Source: an uncultured Dehalococcoidia bacterium (GTDB lineage: Bacteria > Chloroflexota > Dehalococcoidia > DSTF01 > JACRBR01). From it: a stretch of 64,000 nt of DNA. The stretch is taken from the NCBI GenBank assembly GCA_964371095.1, contig CAYJMJ010000008.1, positions 8,278 to 72,277 of the forward strand, in the 5' to 3' direction. This document shows, one piece after another, positions 28,568-36,901 of this stretch (within the stretch, counting starts at the first letter, position 1; the number at the start of each line of letters is the position of its first letter). The notes under the pieces are model-generated. The model did no database searches. It saw only the letters and a list, made by a program, of their open reading frames with translations, and had not been told where the DNA came from. Position numbers and translations under genes: made by a program.

Positions 28568-29569
28568 GTGAAGATCAAGCTCAACGTCAAGCGGACTGAC
28601 TCTGAATCCGGCAAGACAGGCTACAGCGACTACGAAATCGAGGCGCCTGAGAGCACGACGCTGCTCGACGCCCTGATCCAGGTGCGCGAGTACGAGGACG
28701 GCTCGCTCGCGCTCCGCTGCTCGTGCCGAAGCGCGATCTGCGGCTCTTGCGCCATGCGCGTCGACGGCCGCGCGCGCCTCGCCTGCCGCGCCAAGGTGAT
28801 CGCCATCACCGGCGGCGACGAGAACCACGTGATGAAGGTCGAGCCGATGGGCAACATGCCGGTGATCAAGGACCTGGTCAGCGACATGGAGACGTTCTGG
28901 TCGAAGATGCGCTCGGTCGACCCGTACCTGCGGCCCGTGGGCCAGGAGCCGACGGACGAGTACCGCGTCCCGAACGAGACGATGATCGACCTGACGCACA
29001 CCATGAACTGCATCATGTGTGGCGCCTGCGTCAGCGACTGCACGGTACTCGAGGTCGACAAGAGCTTTACGGCGCCGGCAGCGCTCGCCAAGGCGTACCG
29101 GGTCGCCGCCGACCCTCGCGACGGCCACACGCACGAGCGCCTGACGAAACTCAGCGAGGCGGGCGGCATCTGGGACTGCACGCGCTGCAACATGTGCGTC
29201 GAGGTCTGCCCCAAGGGCGTCGCCCCGATGAACCGCATCCTCCAACTACGCGAAATGGCGATCGAGGAGGGCCTGACGAACAACACCGGCGCCCGCCACA
29301 CCGCCATCTTCACGAAGTCGATTACCGACGGTGGCCGCCTCAACGAGATCTGGATGGTTCCCGGCTCGGTCGGCATGTTCAACCTGCCCCGCATCCTCAC
29401 GGAGATGCCGGGCGCGCTCAAGATGGCGCGCGCCGGCAAGCTGCCGTTCAACCAGCTCATTCCGCCGGGCATGCCCGGATCGCACAAGATGCACGGGATG
29501 GAGCGGGTGCGCAACATCATTCGCAAGTCCAGCTCGTTGAAGGCGCCCAAACCGGAGGTAACGAAATAA
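28568..29569 (+). CDS. sdhB: Succinate dehydrogenase Fe-S subunit, type-E signature
   Basis: 'CRSAICGSC' [2Fe-2S]; 'CIMCGACVSDC'; third motif 'CTRCNMCVEVCP' has four Cys. Confidence 0.95.
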   Translation: MKIKLNVKRTDSESGKTGYSDYEIEAPESTTLLDALIQVREYEDGSLALRCSCRSAICGSCAMRVDGRARLACRAKVIAITGGDENHVMKVEPMGNMPVIKDLVSDMETFWSKMRSVDPYLRPVGQEPTDEYRVPNETMIDLTHTMNCIMCGACVSDCTVLEVDKSFTAPAALAKAYRVAADPRDGHTHERLTKLSEAGGIWDCTRCNMCVEVCPKGVAPMNRILQLREMAIEEGLTNNTGARHTAIFTKSITDGGRLNEIWMVPGSVGMFNLPRILTEMPGALKMARAGKLPFNQLIPPGMPGSHKMHGMERVRNIIRKSSSLKAPKPEVTK

Positions 29570-30465
29570 TGGCACTCAAGTACGCGTTCTGGCCCGGCTG
29601 TGTCGCGAAGGGCGCCGCCCCCGAACTGTACGTATCGATGAACCGCGTCGCGAAGGAGCTCGGCATCGAGCTCGTGGAGCTGGACCAGGCGGCCTGCACC
29701 GGCGCCGGCGTCATCCAGGAACAGAACCCGGAAATGGCCGATGCGCTGAACGCGCGCACCTTCGCCATGGCGCAGCGGCTCGGGCTGCCGCTGATGAACA
29801 TCTGCTCCACCTGCCAGGGCATCGAGAGCATCGTGCAGGACAAGCTGGCGAAGGACCCCGGCTACCTCGACAAGGTCAACGCCATCCTCGCCGATGAGGG
29901 GCTGACCTACACCCCGGGACTCGCGGTCAAGAACTTCCTCTGGGTGCTGGTGGAAGACCTCGGGCTCGATAAGCTCAAGGCCGCCATCAAGCGGCCGCTC
30001 AGCGGCCTGCGCGTCGGGCCGTTCTACGGATGCTACATCCTTCGCCCCAGCTCGATTCTGGGCAAGGAGGAGCACCCGGGCCGCGACCACTACCTGGAGG
30101 ACGTCATCGCCGCGCTCGGCGCGACCGTCGTCGACTACGAGGGCGCCAAGAAGTGCTGCGGCTTCCCGATCCTGACGATCAACCGGGAGAATTCGCTCAC
30201 GCAGACGGGCAACCACATCCACGAGGCGCAGGATCTCGGCGCAGACGCGCTCGTGTCCCCGTGCCCGCTCTGCCACTTGAACCTCGACGCGCAGCAGCCG
30301 GCGGCGAAGGCCGTGACGAAGCACGACATCGACCTGCCCATCCTGCACCTGCCGCAACTGGTCGGACTTGCGCTGGGCATCGATCCGAAGGAGATGAGGC
30401 TCGACCACCACGTCGTCTCGACGCAGAAGCTGCTCGACAAGATGACAGCTCCAGCCCGCGCGTAG
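29569..30465 (+). CDS. HdrB-like CCG-domain subunit; anchor of type-E succinate:quinone oxidoreductase
   Basis: 'WPGC', 'ACTGAG', 'CSTC', 'FYGC', 'KCCG', 'CPLCHLNLD'; TAATG overlap with sdhB. Confidence 0.9.
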   Translation: MALKYAFWPGCVAKGAAPELYVSMNRVAKELGIELVELDQAACTGAGVIQEQNPEMADALNARTFAMAQRLGLPLMNICSTCQGIESIVQDKLAKDPGYLDKVNAILADEGLTYTPGLAVKNFLWVLVEDLGLDKLKAAIKRPLSGLRVGPFYGCYILRPSSILGKEEHPGRDHYLEDVIAALGATVVDYEGAKKCCGFPILTINRENSLTQTGNHIHEAQDLGADALVSPCPLCHLNLDAQQPAAKAVTKHDIDLPILHLPQLVGLALGIDPKEMRLDHHVVSTQKLLDKMTAPARA

Positions 30466-30490
30466 ACGTACGCACACATTCAGAGAGAAT

Positions 30491-30516
30491 GGGGGCGCAG
30501 CGATCGCTGCGCCCCC
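30491..30516. terminator. Bidirectional terminator hairpin
   Basis: Perfect 26-bp palindrome GGGGGCGCAGCGATCGCTGCGCCCCC between convergent genes, followed by TTCACGTTTCTCTT on the + strand. Confidence 0.8.
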
Positions 30517-30535
30517 TTCACGTTTCTCTTCCGCG

Positions 30536-31786
30536 TCACGCGCGCCGCCGCCGCAACGCGAGACCGGCCGCCATGGCGACGATGCCCGATGCCGCGAGCC
30601 AACCGACGGTAGCACCACCGCTACGGCCAGCCGGTCCGCCGCCGGCATTTGGCGCGACGATACGGGCTGCGACAGCGGGGACGGCGCATCCCGGCCGCGG
30701 CCCGAAACGCTGCTCGGCCGGTGGTGATGTGCCGAATTGCGTGACCGAAGCAACGCGGACGGTGATCGTGACCTCCGGCCAGTTGACGCCGAGCCTGCCC
30801 GGACAAGCTGGCAACAGATCGCGGGGCACATCGAACCCGTTCGCGCCGGTGATGTGCAGCGCTCGCATCCGGGGAGGCTCGCCCGGAATCTCGACGGTCA
30901 ACACAACGTCGAATGCCTCAGCGCCTGCGGGCCTGTCCCAGTAGACGTAGAATCCGCCGCCATCCGTTATCTCGTTCATACGGATTCCGCTCGGCACGGC
31001 GATATCGGTGTCGGACGGGGGTGGAATCGTCGGTTCGGCAAGCGGCGGGCGGTCCGTCGGCGCGACGGAGGCGAACGCCGCGACGTGTTGGACGTGGCGC
31101 TTGCCCTGGGCGTCAGGCCGGCTGGTGAACGTGTACTGGAACGCGACTTTCGGCTGCGGCCGTGGATCCGGCGACGTGAGCAGCGGCGTCCCGGCGGGGG
31201 TGATGCCAAACAGTGTGTTCGCGCTCTTCTGCGGAGTACACGACGTGAACTGCTTCGGCGGATGCGGTGGATCGCCCACGAACACCGTCCCGACGATCGC
31301 CTTCGAGATCGGATCGATATCGAACAGGTAGTTGATCAGGATCGGGATGGTAGGCGATGGCGATACGTCGGCGACGAGTCGCAGCCGGTGTGGCCCCGGC
31401 GCGAGGGCGCGCAGGTACGCGGGATAGGACTCGGATGAGATGTCGGTCGTCGCCTCACGGATAGGCACCGTGAAAGCGACGTGGCTGTTGCACTCCGGCA
31501 GCGTGATCGCGTTCGTCGTGGCTTCCGCATCGAGCCTGCCGACGACGGTGCCGTCCGGTATATCGCCGTCAGACGCGATGCCGCTGTCCGGCGGCGACAC
31601 GATGCGAACCTGATCGAAGCCCGCGCCGGTCGGTGCTTCGAAGATCACCTGGAGATCCGGATGTCCCCCCGGCGTCGCAGACGAAAGCGACACGCTGACC
31701 AGCGGCGAGGGGAATTCGTGAGCCTCAGCGGCGCGGACGACAACCAGCATCACGCAGATCACGACCAGGCCAAACAGACGTATCAT
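30536..31786 (-). CDS. Secreted hypothetical surface protein with C-terminal sorting-like signal
   Basis: N-terminal signal ('MIRLFGLVVICVMLVVVRAAEA'); Pro-rich linkers; C-terminal 'APNAG'...hydrophobic stretch...'RRRRA'. Confidence 0.75.
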   Translation of the reverse strand: MIRLFGLVVICVMLVVVRAAEAHEFPSPLVSVSLSSATPGGHPDLQVIFEAPTGAGFDQVRIVSPPDSGIASDGDIPDGTVVGRLDAEATTNAITLPECNSHVAFTVPIREATTDISSESYPAYLRALAPGPHRLRLVADVSPSPTIPILINYLFDIDPISKAIVGTVFVGDPPHPPKQFTSCTPQKSANTLFGITPAGTPLLTSPDPRPQPKVAFQYTFTSRPDAQGKRHVQHVAAFASVAPTDRPPLAEPTIPPPSDTDIAVPSGIRMNEITDGGGFYVYWDRPAGAEAFDVVLTVEIPGEPPRMRALHITGANGFDVPRDLLPACPGRLGVNWPEVTITVRVASVTQFGTSPPAEQRFGPRPGCAVPAVAARIVAPNAGGGPAGRSGGATVGWLAASGIVAMAAGLALRRRRA

Positions 31787-31888
31787 GGTGTGCACCTCGC
31801 AGGAGTGAGAACGCCCCAACGATAGCGAAGGTTAACCACGCAAGACCCGACGTTTGCGAACCGACGCCGCATCCATCGACAATGCCCC

Positions 31889-32647
31889 ATGACCGCATCC
31901 GAACGCCCGAAGAAGCAGCGCCTCGACGTCGCGCTCACCGACCGCGGCATCGCGCCGTCGCGGGAGAAGGCGCGCGCCTACATCCTGGCCGGCGACATCT
32001 CCGTCGACGGCCAGACGGAGACACGCGCCGGGGCGATGGTCGCTCCCGATGCCTCGATCGCACTCGCGCAGCCGGCGCGCTTCGTCAGCCGCGGCGGCGA
32101 AAAGCTCGAGCACGCAGTGTCCGCCTTCGCGATCGACGTCGCCGGACTGATTGCCCTGGACGTCGGCGCGTCGACCGGCGGCTTCACCGACTGCCTGCTG
32201 CAGCGCGGCGCCGCGCGCGTCTACGCCGTCGACGTCGGCTACGGCCAGCTCGACCAGCGCCTCCGCGACGACCCGCGCGTCATCGTCATGGAACGCACGA
32301 ACATCCGCGACCTGTCGTCGCTCCCGGAGCGGCCGGACATCGCGACCATCGATGCGTCCTTCATCTCGCTGACGAAGGTGCTCCCCGCCGTCATCGCGCT
32401 CGTCCGTCCCGGCGCCGCGATTGTCGCGCTCGTCAAGCCGCAGTTCGAGGCCGCGCGAGCCGAGGTGAGCCGCCGCGGCGTGGTACGCGACCCTCTGGTT
32501 CACGCCTCCGTCATCGGCCGTGTCGCGTGGTGGTGCGTGAACCACGAGCTGCGTGTGCGCGGCGTCGCGACGTCGCCCTTGCTGGGACCCGCCGGCAACA
32601 AGGAGTTCTTCCTTTGGCTCGAAGCACCCATTCGGAGGGTGGCATGA
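31889..32647 (+). CDS. tlyA: TlyA family rRNA methyltransferase
   Basis: S4 domain 'RLDVAL...SREKA', 'FVSRGGEKL', 'LDVGASTGGFTD', 'LVKPQFE', 'GPAGNKEF'. Confidence 0.95.
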   Translation: MTASERPKKQRLDVALTDRGIAPSREKARAYILAGDISVDGQTETRAGAMVAPDASIALAQPARFVSRGGEKLEHAVSAFAIDVAGLIALDVGASTGGFTDCLLQRGAARVYAVDVGYGQLDQRLRDDPRVIVMERTNIRDLSSLPERPDIATIDASFISLTKVLPAVIALVRPGAAIVALVKPQFEAARAEVSRRGVVRDPLVHASVIGRVAWWCVNHELRVRGVATSPLLGPAGNKEFFLWLEAPIRRVA

Positions 32648-33336
32648 AGACCTACGACCTGTATCTCGACTCCGGTCCGATGAAGAAGAAGACGTTCGTG
32701 CACGTGCCCGCCCTCCTGGGCTGCATCGCTCGCGGAGATACGACCGATCAGGCGGTCGAGCACGCGCCCGACGCGATCCGCGCGTTTCTCACGTTCCTGG
32801 CGCGCGGCGGCGAGCCGGTCCAGCCCGACGCGCCGTTCCGCGTCCGCGTGGCAGAGCATGTCACCGACCAGCAGTGGCCGGGTAACGGCGGCGGCTTCCT
32901 CCCGACCGATGCGAGGCCGCTCTCGGCGGGCGAGAGCGACGCGCTGATGCGACGCCTGGCCGCGATCCACGCCGCGCTGCGAAGCCTGACGGGCGGCCTC
33001 ACTGCGCGTCAGATCGACGCGGCGCCGGCCAAGGGACGCCCGATACGGCGCATCCTTCAGCACGTCTGCGTCGAGGGCGCGTACCTGCGCGGCATCACCG
33101 GCTCGTCGCGGTTGATGAGCGAAGTGGAGAAGCGTGCCCTCAATCCGCACGATGCGCTCGACCAACTGTTCGCCCTCGAACAGGAGCGGCTACGTGCCAT
33201 GTCGAAAGAGGAGCGCGCCCAGGTCATCATGCGTGGCCAGACGCCGTGGAGCGCTCGCGCCGCCGTGCGTCGCATGGTCGAGCACGCGTGGGAGCACTAC
33301 GTCGAAATCGCGGAGCGACTCAGGCAGGCGCCCTGA
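32644..33336 (+). CDS. HicB-like N-terminal domain + DinB-like C-terminal domain protein
   Basis: 'VHVPALLGCIARGDTTDQAV' (HicB-like); 'IRRILQHV' and 'RRMVEHAWEH' (DinB His motifs); ATGA overlap with tlyA. Confidence 0.7.
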   Translation: MKTYDLYLDSGPMKKKTFVHVPALLGCIARGDTTDQAVEHAPDAIRAFLTFLARGGEPVQPDAPFRVRVAEHVTDQQWPGNGGGFLPTDARPLSAGESDALMRRLAAIHAALRSLTGGLTARQIDAAPAKGRPIRRILQHVCVEGAYLRGITGSSRLMSEVEKRALNPHDALDQLFALEQERLRAMSKEERAQVIMRGQTPWSARAAVRRMVEHAWEHYVEIAERLRQAP

Positions 33337-33528
33337 TCGCCGCGGAGTCGCGCTCGGCCCGCTGATTCACGCCTCCCTCATCGTCACCGCTGCGAGGTAG
33401 TGCGTGAACCATGGGCTGCGCGTGCGCGACGTCACGACGTCGCCCCTCCCCGGTCCGGCGCCCGATATGGAGCCCTTCCTCTGGTCAGCCCTGCCACGCG
33501 CCATGTTGCCGTCGCACGCAGCCCTGCC

Positions 33529-33597
33529 CTCTGTTGTCTGTCCTCCGTTGTCCGTCGTGGCCCTCTGCTCTCTGCTCTCTGCCGTCTGCTCTCTGAA
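33529..33597. repeat. Degenerate heptamer tandem array
   Basis: CTCTGTT GTCTGTC CTCCGTT GTCCGTC (GTGGCC) CTCTGCT CTCTGCT CTCTGCC GTCTGCT CTCTGAA. Confidence 0.75.
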
Positions 33598-33615
33598 ATG
33601 CTATCGTTCTCGCAC

Positions 33616-34452
33616 ATGAAGAAGATCGGCGTCACGTACCACCCGAAATCCGAGGCCGCGCGTAGCGTGGCCGAAGAGATTCGCCGCCGCATCGCCGCGC
33701 CGGATCGCGATGTATGGGTCGCATCGGCGTGGGACGACGCCATGCGCGAGGAGCATGTCCCGGAAACGAGCCTCATCATCTGCTGCGGCGGCGATGGCAC
33801 CGTCCTCCGCGCCGCGCGAGCCGTCATCCCGTATCCAGTACCGCTCCTCGGCGTCAACCTCGGCCGCCTCGGCTTCCTGACCGAGATCACGCCGGCCGAG
33901 CTGTTCGAGAAGCTCGGCGACGTTCTCGGCGGCGCCGGCCGCATCGAAACGCGAGCGATGGTGGTGACAGAGACACTGCGGGGCGGCGAGGAGATCTGCG
34001 AGCACTTCCACGCCCTCAACGACGCCGTCGTCGGCCGGTCTGCCATCGGACGCACGGTCCAGTTCACCGTCCGCACCGATGGCACGACGATCGGCAGCTA
34101 CCGCGCCGATGGCGTGATCATCGCCACCGCGACCGGGAGCACGGCGTACTCGCTGAGCGTCGGCGGGCCGATCCTGCACCCGGAGTCACGCGAGATCATC
34201 GTCACGCCCGTGGCGCCGCACCTGGCGCCCGCGAACAGCATCATCCTGCCCGAGGGATCGCGCGTCGAGGTCCAGATCGCCCCGCGCCAGACCGCGATCC
34301 TGAGCGTCGACGGCGAGCCGGACCAGGACCTTGCCGGCGGCGACATCGTGCGCGTCCGCACGAGCGAGCACGCGGCCCGTTTCCTGCGTCTCGGGCCGCC
34401 CGGCGACTTCTTCATTCGCGTCGGGCGGCGCCTCAACTGGCTCAACGAATAG
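33616..34452 (+). CDS. nadK: NAD(+) kinase
   Basis: 'GGDGTVL', 'GVNLGRLGFL', 'ALNDAVV', 'ADGVIIATATGSTAYSLSVGGP'. Confidence 0.95.
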   Translation: MKKIGVTYHPKSEAARSVAEEIRRRIAAPDRDVWVASAWDDAMREEHVPETSLIICCGGDGTVLRAARAVIPYPVPLLGVNLGRLGFLTEITPAELFEKLGDVLGGAGRIETRAMVVTETLRGGEEICEHFHALNDAVVGRSAIGRTVQFTVRTDGTTIGSYRADGVIIATATGSTAYSLSVGGPILHPESREIIVTPVAPHLAPANSIILPEGSRVEVQIAPRQTAILSVDGEPDQDLAGGDIVRVRTSEHAARFLRLGPPGDFFIRVGRRLNWLNE

Positions 34453-34544
34453 CCGTTCTCGCGCAGGCGAACCTGAACCGATACAGTGGACGGGCGGGCG
34501 CAGAGCCCGCCTCGCCGTTCCCGCGAGGGCCGACGAAAGGACAC

Positions 34545-35024
34545 ATGGCGACCATGACCGCCTCCACATTCCAGCTCGTCCGCGCGTCGATCGCCGATGC
34601 GCAGGCGATCCACGACCTGGTCAACACCTTCGCCCGCGAAGGCGAGATGCTCCCGCGCACGATGGCCGAGGTGTACGAGAACCTCCGCGACTTCTACGTC
34701 GTCCGGGACACCGACGGCGCGGTCGTGGCCTGCGGTGCACTGCACATCCTCTGGGAGGACCTTGCCGAGATCAAGTCGCTGGCCGTCCGTGCGGACGTGC
34801 AGGGCCACGGGCTCGGCGCGCGCGTCGTCCGGGCCTGTCTCGACGAAGCGCGCCAGATCGGGCTGGCGACCGCGTTCGCGCTCACCTATCGCCCCGGCTT
34901 CTTCGAGAAGCTCGGCTTCGCACAGGCGGACGTCATGACGCTGCCACGCAAGGTCTGGGGCGAGTGCTACCGCTGTCCCAAGTTCCCCGGCTGCAACGAG
35001 ATCGCCATGGTGCTGCCGCTGTGA
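34545..35024 (+). CDS. GNAT N-acetyltransferase, short ArgA-like amino-acid acetyltransferase
   Basis: 'MLPRTMAEVYENLRDF', 'LAEIKSLAV', 'FALTYRPGFFEKLGF', 'KVWGECYRCPKFPGCNEIAM'; SD AAAGGA. Confidence 0.85.
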   Translation: MATMTASTFQLVRASIADAQAIHDLVNTFAREGEMLPRTMAEVYENLRDFYVVRDTDGAVVACGALHILWEDLAEIKSLAVRADVQGHGLGARVVRACLDEARQIGLATAFALTYRPGFFEKLGFAQADVMTLPRKVWGECYRCPKFPGCNEIAMVLPL

Positions 35025-35103
35025 CCGCCGAACTCCGCAACTCCGGAGAGGCCCGCACCGACAGCTCGCCGGTTTCCAGTTCTAGGTTTTAGGTTCCCCC
35101 ACG

Positions 35104-35640
35104 ATGGACATGCCCGAAGTCATCAGCAGCGACCGGAAGTTCGACGGCAGGATGATCGGCGTGCGCGTCGATACGCTCCGCCTGGCGGACGGGACCTCGT
35201 ACGCACGCGAGATCGTCGAGTACGGCGTGGCGGTCGTCCTCGTGCCGGTCGACGGCGACGGGCGCCTCCTGATGGTGCGCCAGTACCGCCATCCGGCCGG
35301 CGCGTGGCTGCTCGAGCTGCCGGCGGGCGGCGTCGACGACAGCGACGCGTCGTTCGAGGCCGCCGCCCAGCGCGAACTCCGCGAGGAGACCGGACATCGT
35401 GGCACGCTCGTGCGCATCGGCGGTATGTACCTGGCTCCGGGATACTCAGAGGAGTACCAGCACGTCTACGCGGCGACCGACCTCGTCGAGGACGCGCTCG
35501 AGGCCGACGATGACGAAGACCTTGTGCTGGAGCGCGTCTCGCTCGCCGATGCGCTCGCCCTCGTGGATCAGGGCGAGATTCGCGACGCCAAGAGCATCGC
35601 CGCGCTGCTCATGTACCTGCGCCACACCGGACGCGCCTGA
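35104..35640 (+). CDS. NUDIX hydrolase, ADP-ribose pyrophosphatase-like
   Basis: 'VRQYRHP', Nudix box 'ELPAGGVDDSDASFEAAAQRELREETG', 'IRDAKS'. Confidence 0.92.
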   Translation: MDMPEVISSDRKFDGRMIGVRVDTLRLADGTSYAREIVEYGVAVVLVPVDGDGRLLMVRQYRHPAGAWLLELPAGGVDDSDASFEAAAQRELREETGHRGTLVRIGGMYLAPGYSEEYQHVYAATDLVEDALEADDDEDLVLERVSLADALALVDQGEIRDAKSIAALLMYLRHTGRA

Positions 35641-35769
35641 CCGGCGCCGCCGTCGATCTTCGTCATCGACCGGCCATCACGCGGCATGGGGCATAAAGAA
35701 GGACCAGCGCGCTCCCCGCGGCGCTGGTCCTCGTCTCGACAAGATCAGCCGGCTCACGCCGGCGGGCGA

Positions 35770-36267
35770 CTATCCGGACGTCCCCAGGACATCCTCGATG
35801 GACAGGCTCCCGCCGTTCGGCGTGTGCAACACGAGTCGCAGCGGGTTCCCGGGGTGCACGCTCGACCGCGCCGGAAGGTCGACGGTCAGCAGCGCCGTCT
35901 CGCCCGGGTCGAGCAGGTCGTCGCCGTTGCCGTTCGTCCACGCGATGGCGTACGCCGCCGGAACCGCAGCCGCGGCCGTCTCGCTCATCTCGGTCTCGGC
36001 GCTGATGGCGCCGCCGGCGTCGGTCAGGACGATGCCCTCGTTGCCGCGTACGGCGAGCGGCACGACCAGCCGTGTCACGACGTTGTCATGGCTCTCCACC
36101 TGCACCTGGCCGGCGACTTTGAGCGACGGCGGCAGCTGGGCGCCAGCGCCTCCCGAATCCAGCCCGGCGCCCCATGGCGCGAACAGCCAGAGCGACACCG
36201 CGCCGAACGCGGCGAGCATCAGCATCGAAACGAGGCGAGTGGAGTAGGTCGCGCGGTTTGCTGCCAT
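35770..36267 (-). CDS. Membrane-anchored protein with an archaellin-like C-terminal domain
   Basis: One N-terminal TM; 'SLKVAGQV', 'GNGDDLLDPGETALLTVDL' and 'LHTPNGGSLSIE' resemble the archaellin globular domain (recalled pattern DxDxLLEPGExxxITVxL...PPxGAxLxIER). Confidence 0.55.
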   Translation of the reverse strand: MAANRATYSTRLVSMLMLAAFGAVSLWLFAPWGAGLDSGGAGAQLPPSLKVAGQVQVESHDNVVTRLVVPLAVRGNEGIVLTDAGGAISAETEMSETAAAAVPAAYAIAWTNGNGDDLLDPGETALLTVDLPARSSVHPGNPLRLVLHTPNGGSLSIEDVLGTSG

Positions 36268-36378
36268 GCGGTCAATGCCTTCGGAGGCCTTCACGTCGGC
36301 CGTTCAAGCATAGAACGCCGCAGGGGACCGAATTGTTACCCGCCCAGGAGGCCAGTCCCGAAGCTGATCAGCCGGGGC

Positions 36379-36897
36379 TCAACCCAGTCCGGCGAGCAGC
36401 GCCGCCGCCCGGTGCTGCACCGCATGACAAAGGGCCACCGCCAATGCATCGCTCGCGTTGAGGTCGTGCGGCGCGTCGGCCATGCCCAGCTGAAGCCGCA
36501 GCATCTCTCGCACCTGCACCTTGTCCCCCTGGCCGTATCCGGCGACGACCTGCTTGATCCGCGCCGGCGGATAGTGGAACACGGCGATCCCGGCGAGCGT
36601 CGCCGCCAGCATCGCCACTGTCCGCGCCTCGCCAATGGCCATCGCGGAGCGGACGTTGGCGCCGACGAACGGCTCTTCGATCGCAACCGTCGCCGGCGCG
36701 AAGCGCGCTATCAGGTCACGCAGATCCAGGAAGATTCGTTCCAGCCGGCGCTCGATCGGCCAGGAGGCGCTCGGCGCGATGACGTCGCACGCCAGCGCGC
36801 GCGGTTCTCCGCCATCGAGTGCGATGACGCCCCAGCCGGTCACGCGCGTGCCGGGATCGATGCCGAGGATGATTGCCGGCGGTCCCTCGCCGGTCAC
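36379..36897 (-). CDS. ruvC: Crossover junction endodeoxyribonuclease RuvC
   Basis: 'ILGIDPGTRVTGWG', 'VAIEEPF', 'GYGQGDKVQV', 'ASDALAVALCH'; GTG 36897 just after the yebC stop. Confidence 0.95.
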   Translation of the reverse strand: MTGEGPPAIILGIDPGTRVTGWGVIALDGGEPRALACDVIAPSASWPIERRLERIFLDLRDLIARFAPATVAIEEPFVGANVRSAMAIGEARTVAMLAATLAGIAVFHYPPARIKQVVAGYGQGDKVQVREMLRLQLGMADAPHDLNASDALAVALCHAVQHRAAALLAGLG

Positions 36898-36901
36898 CTG
36901 A

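Noticed and set aside
32644-33336. HicAB toxin-antitoxin module
   Set aside because: No HicA-like ORF on either side, and the protein carries an extra DinB-like domain.
33411-33596. Cys-rich 61-aa ORF that looks like a metallothionein or RiPP precursor
   Set aside because: The composition comes from translating the heptamer array; no SD and no modifying enzymes nearby.
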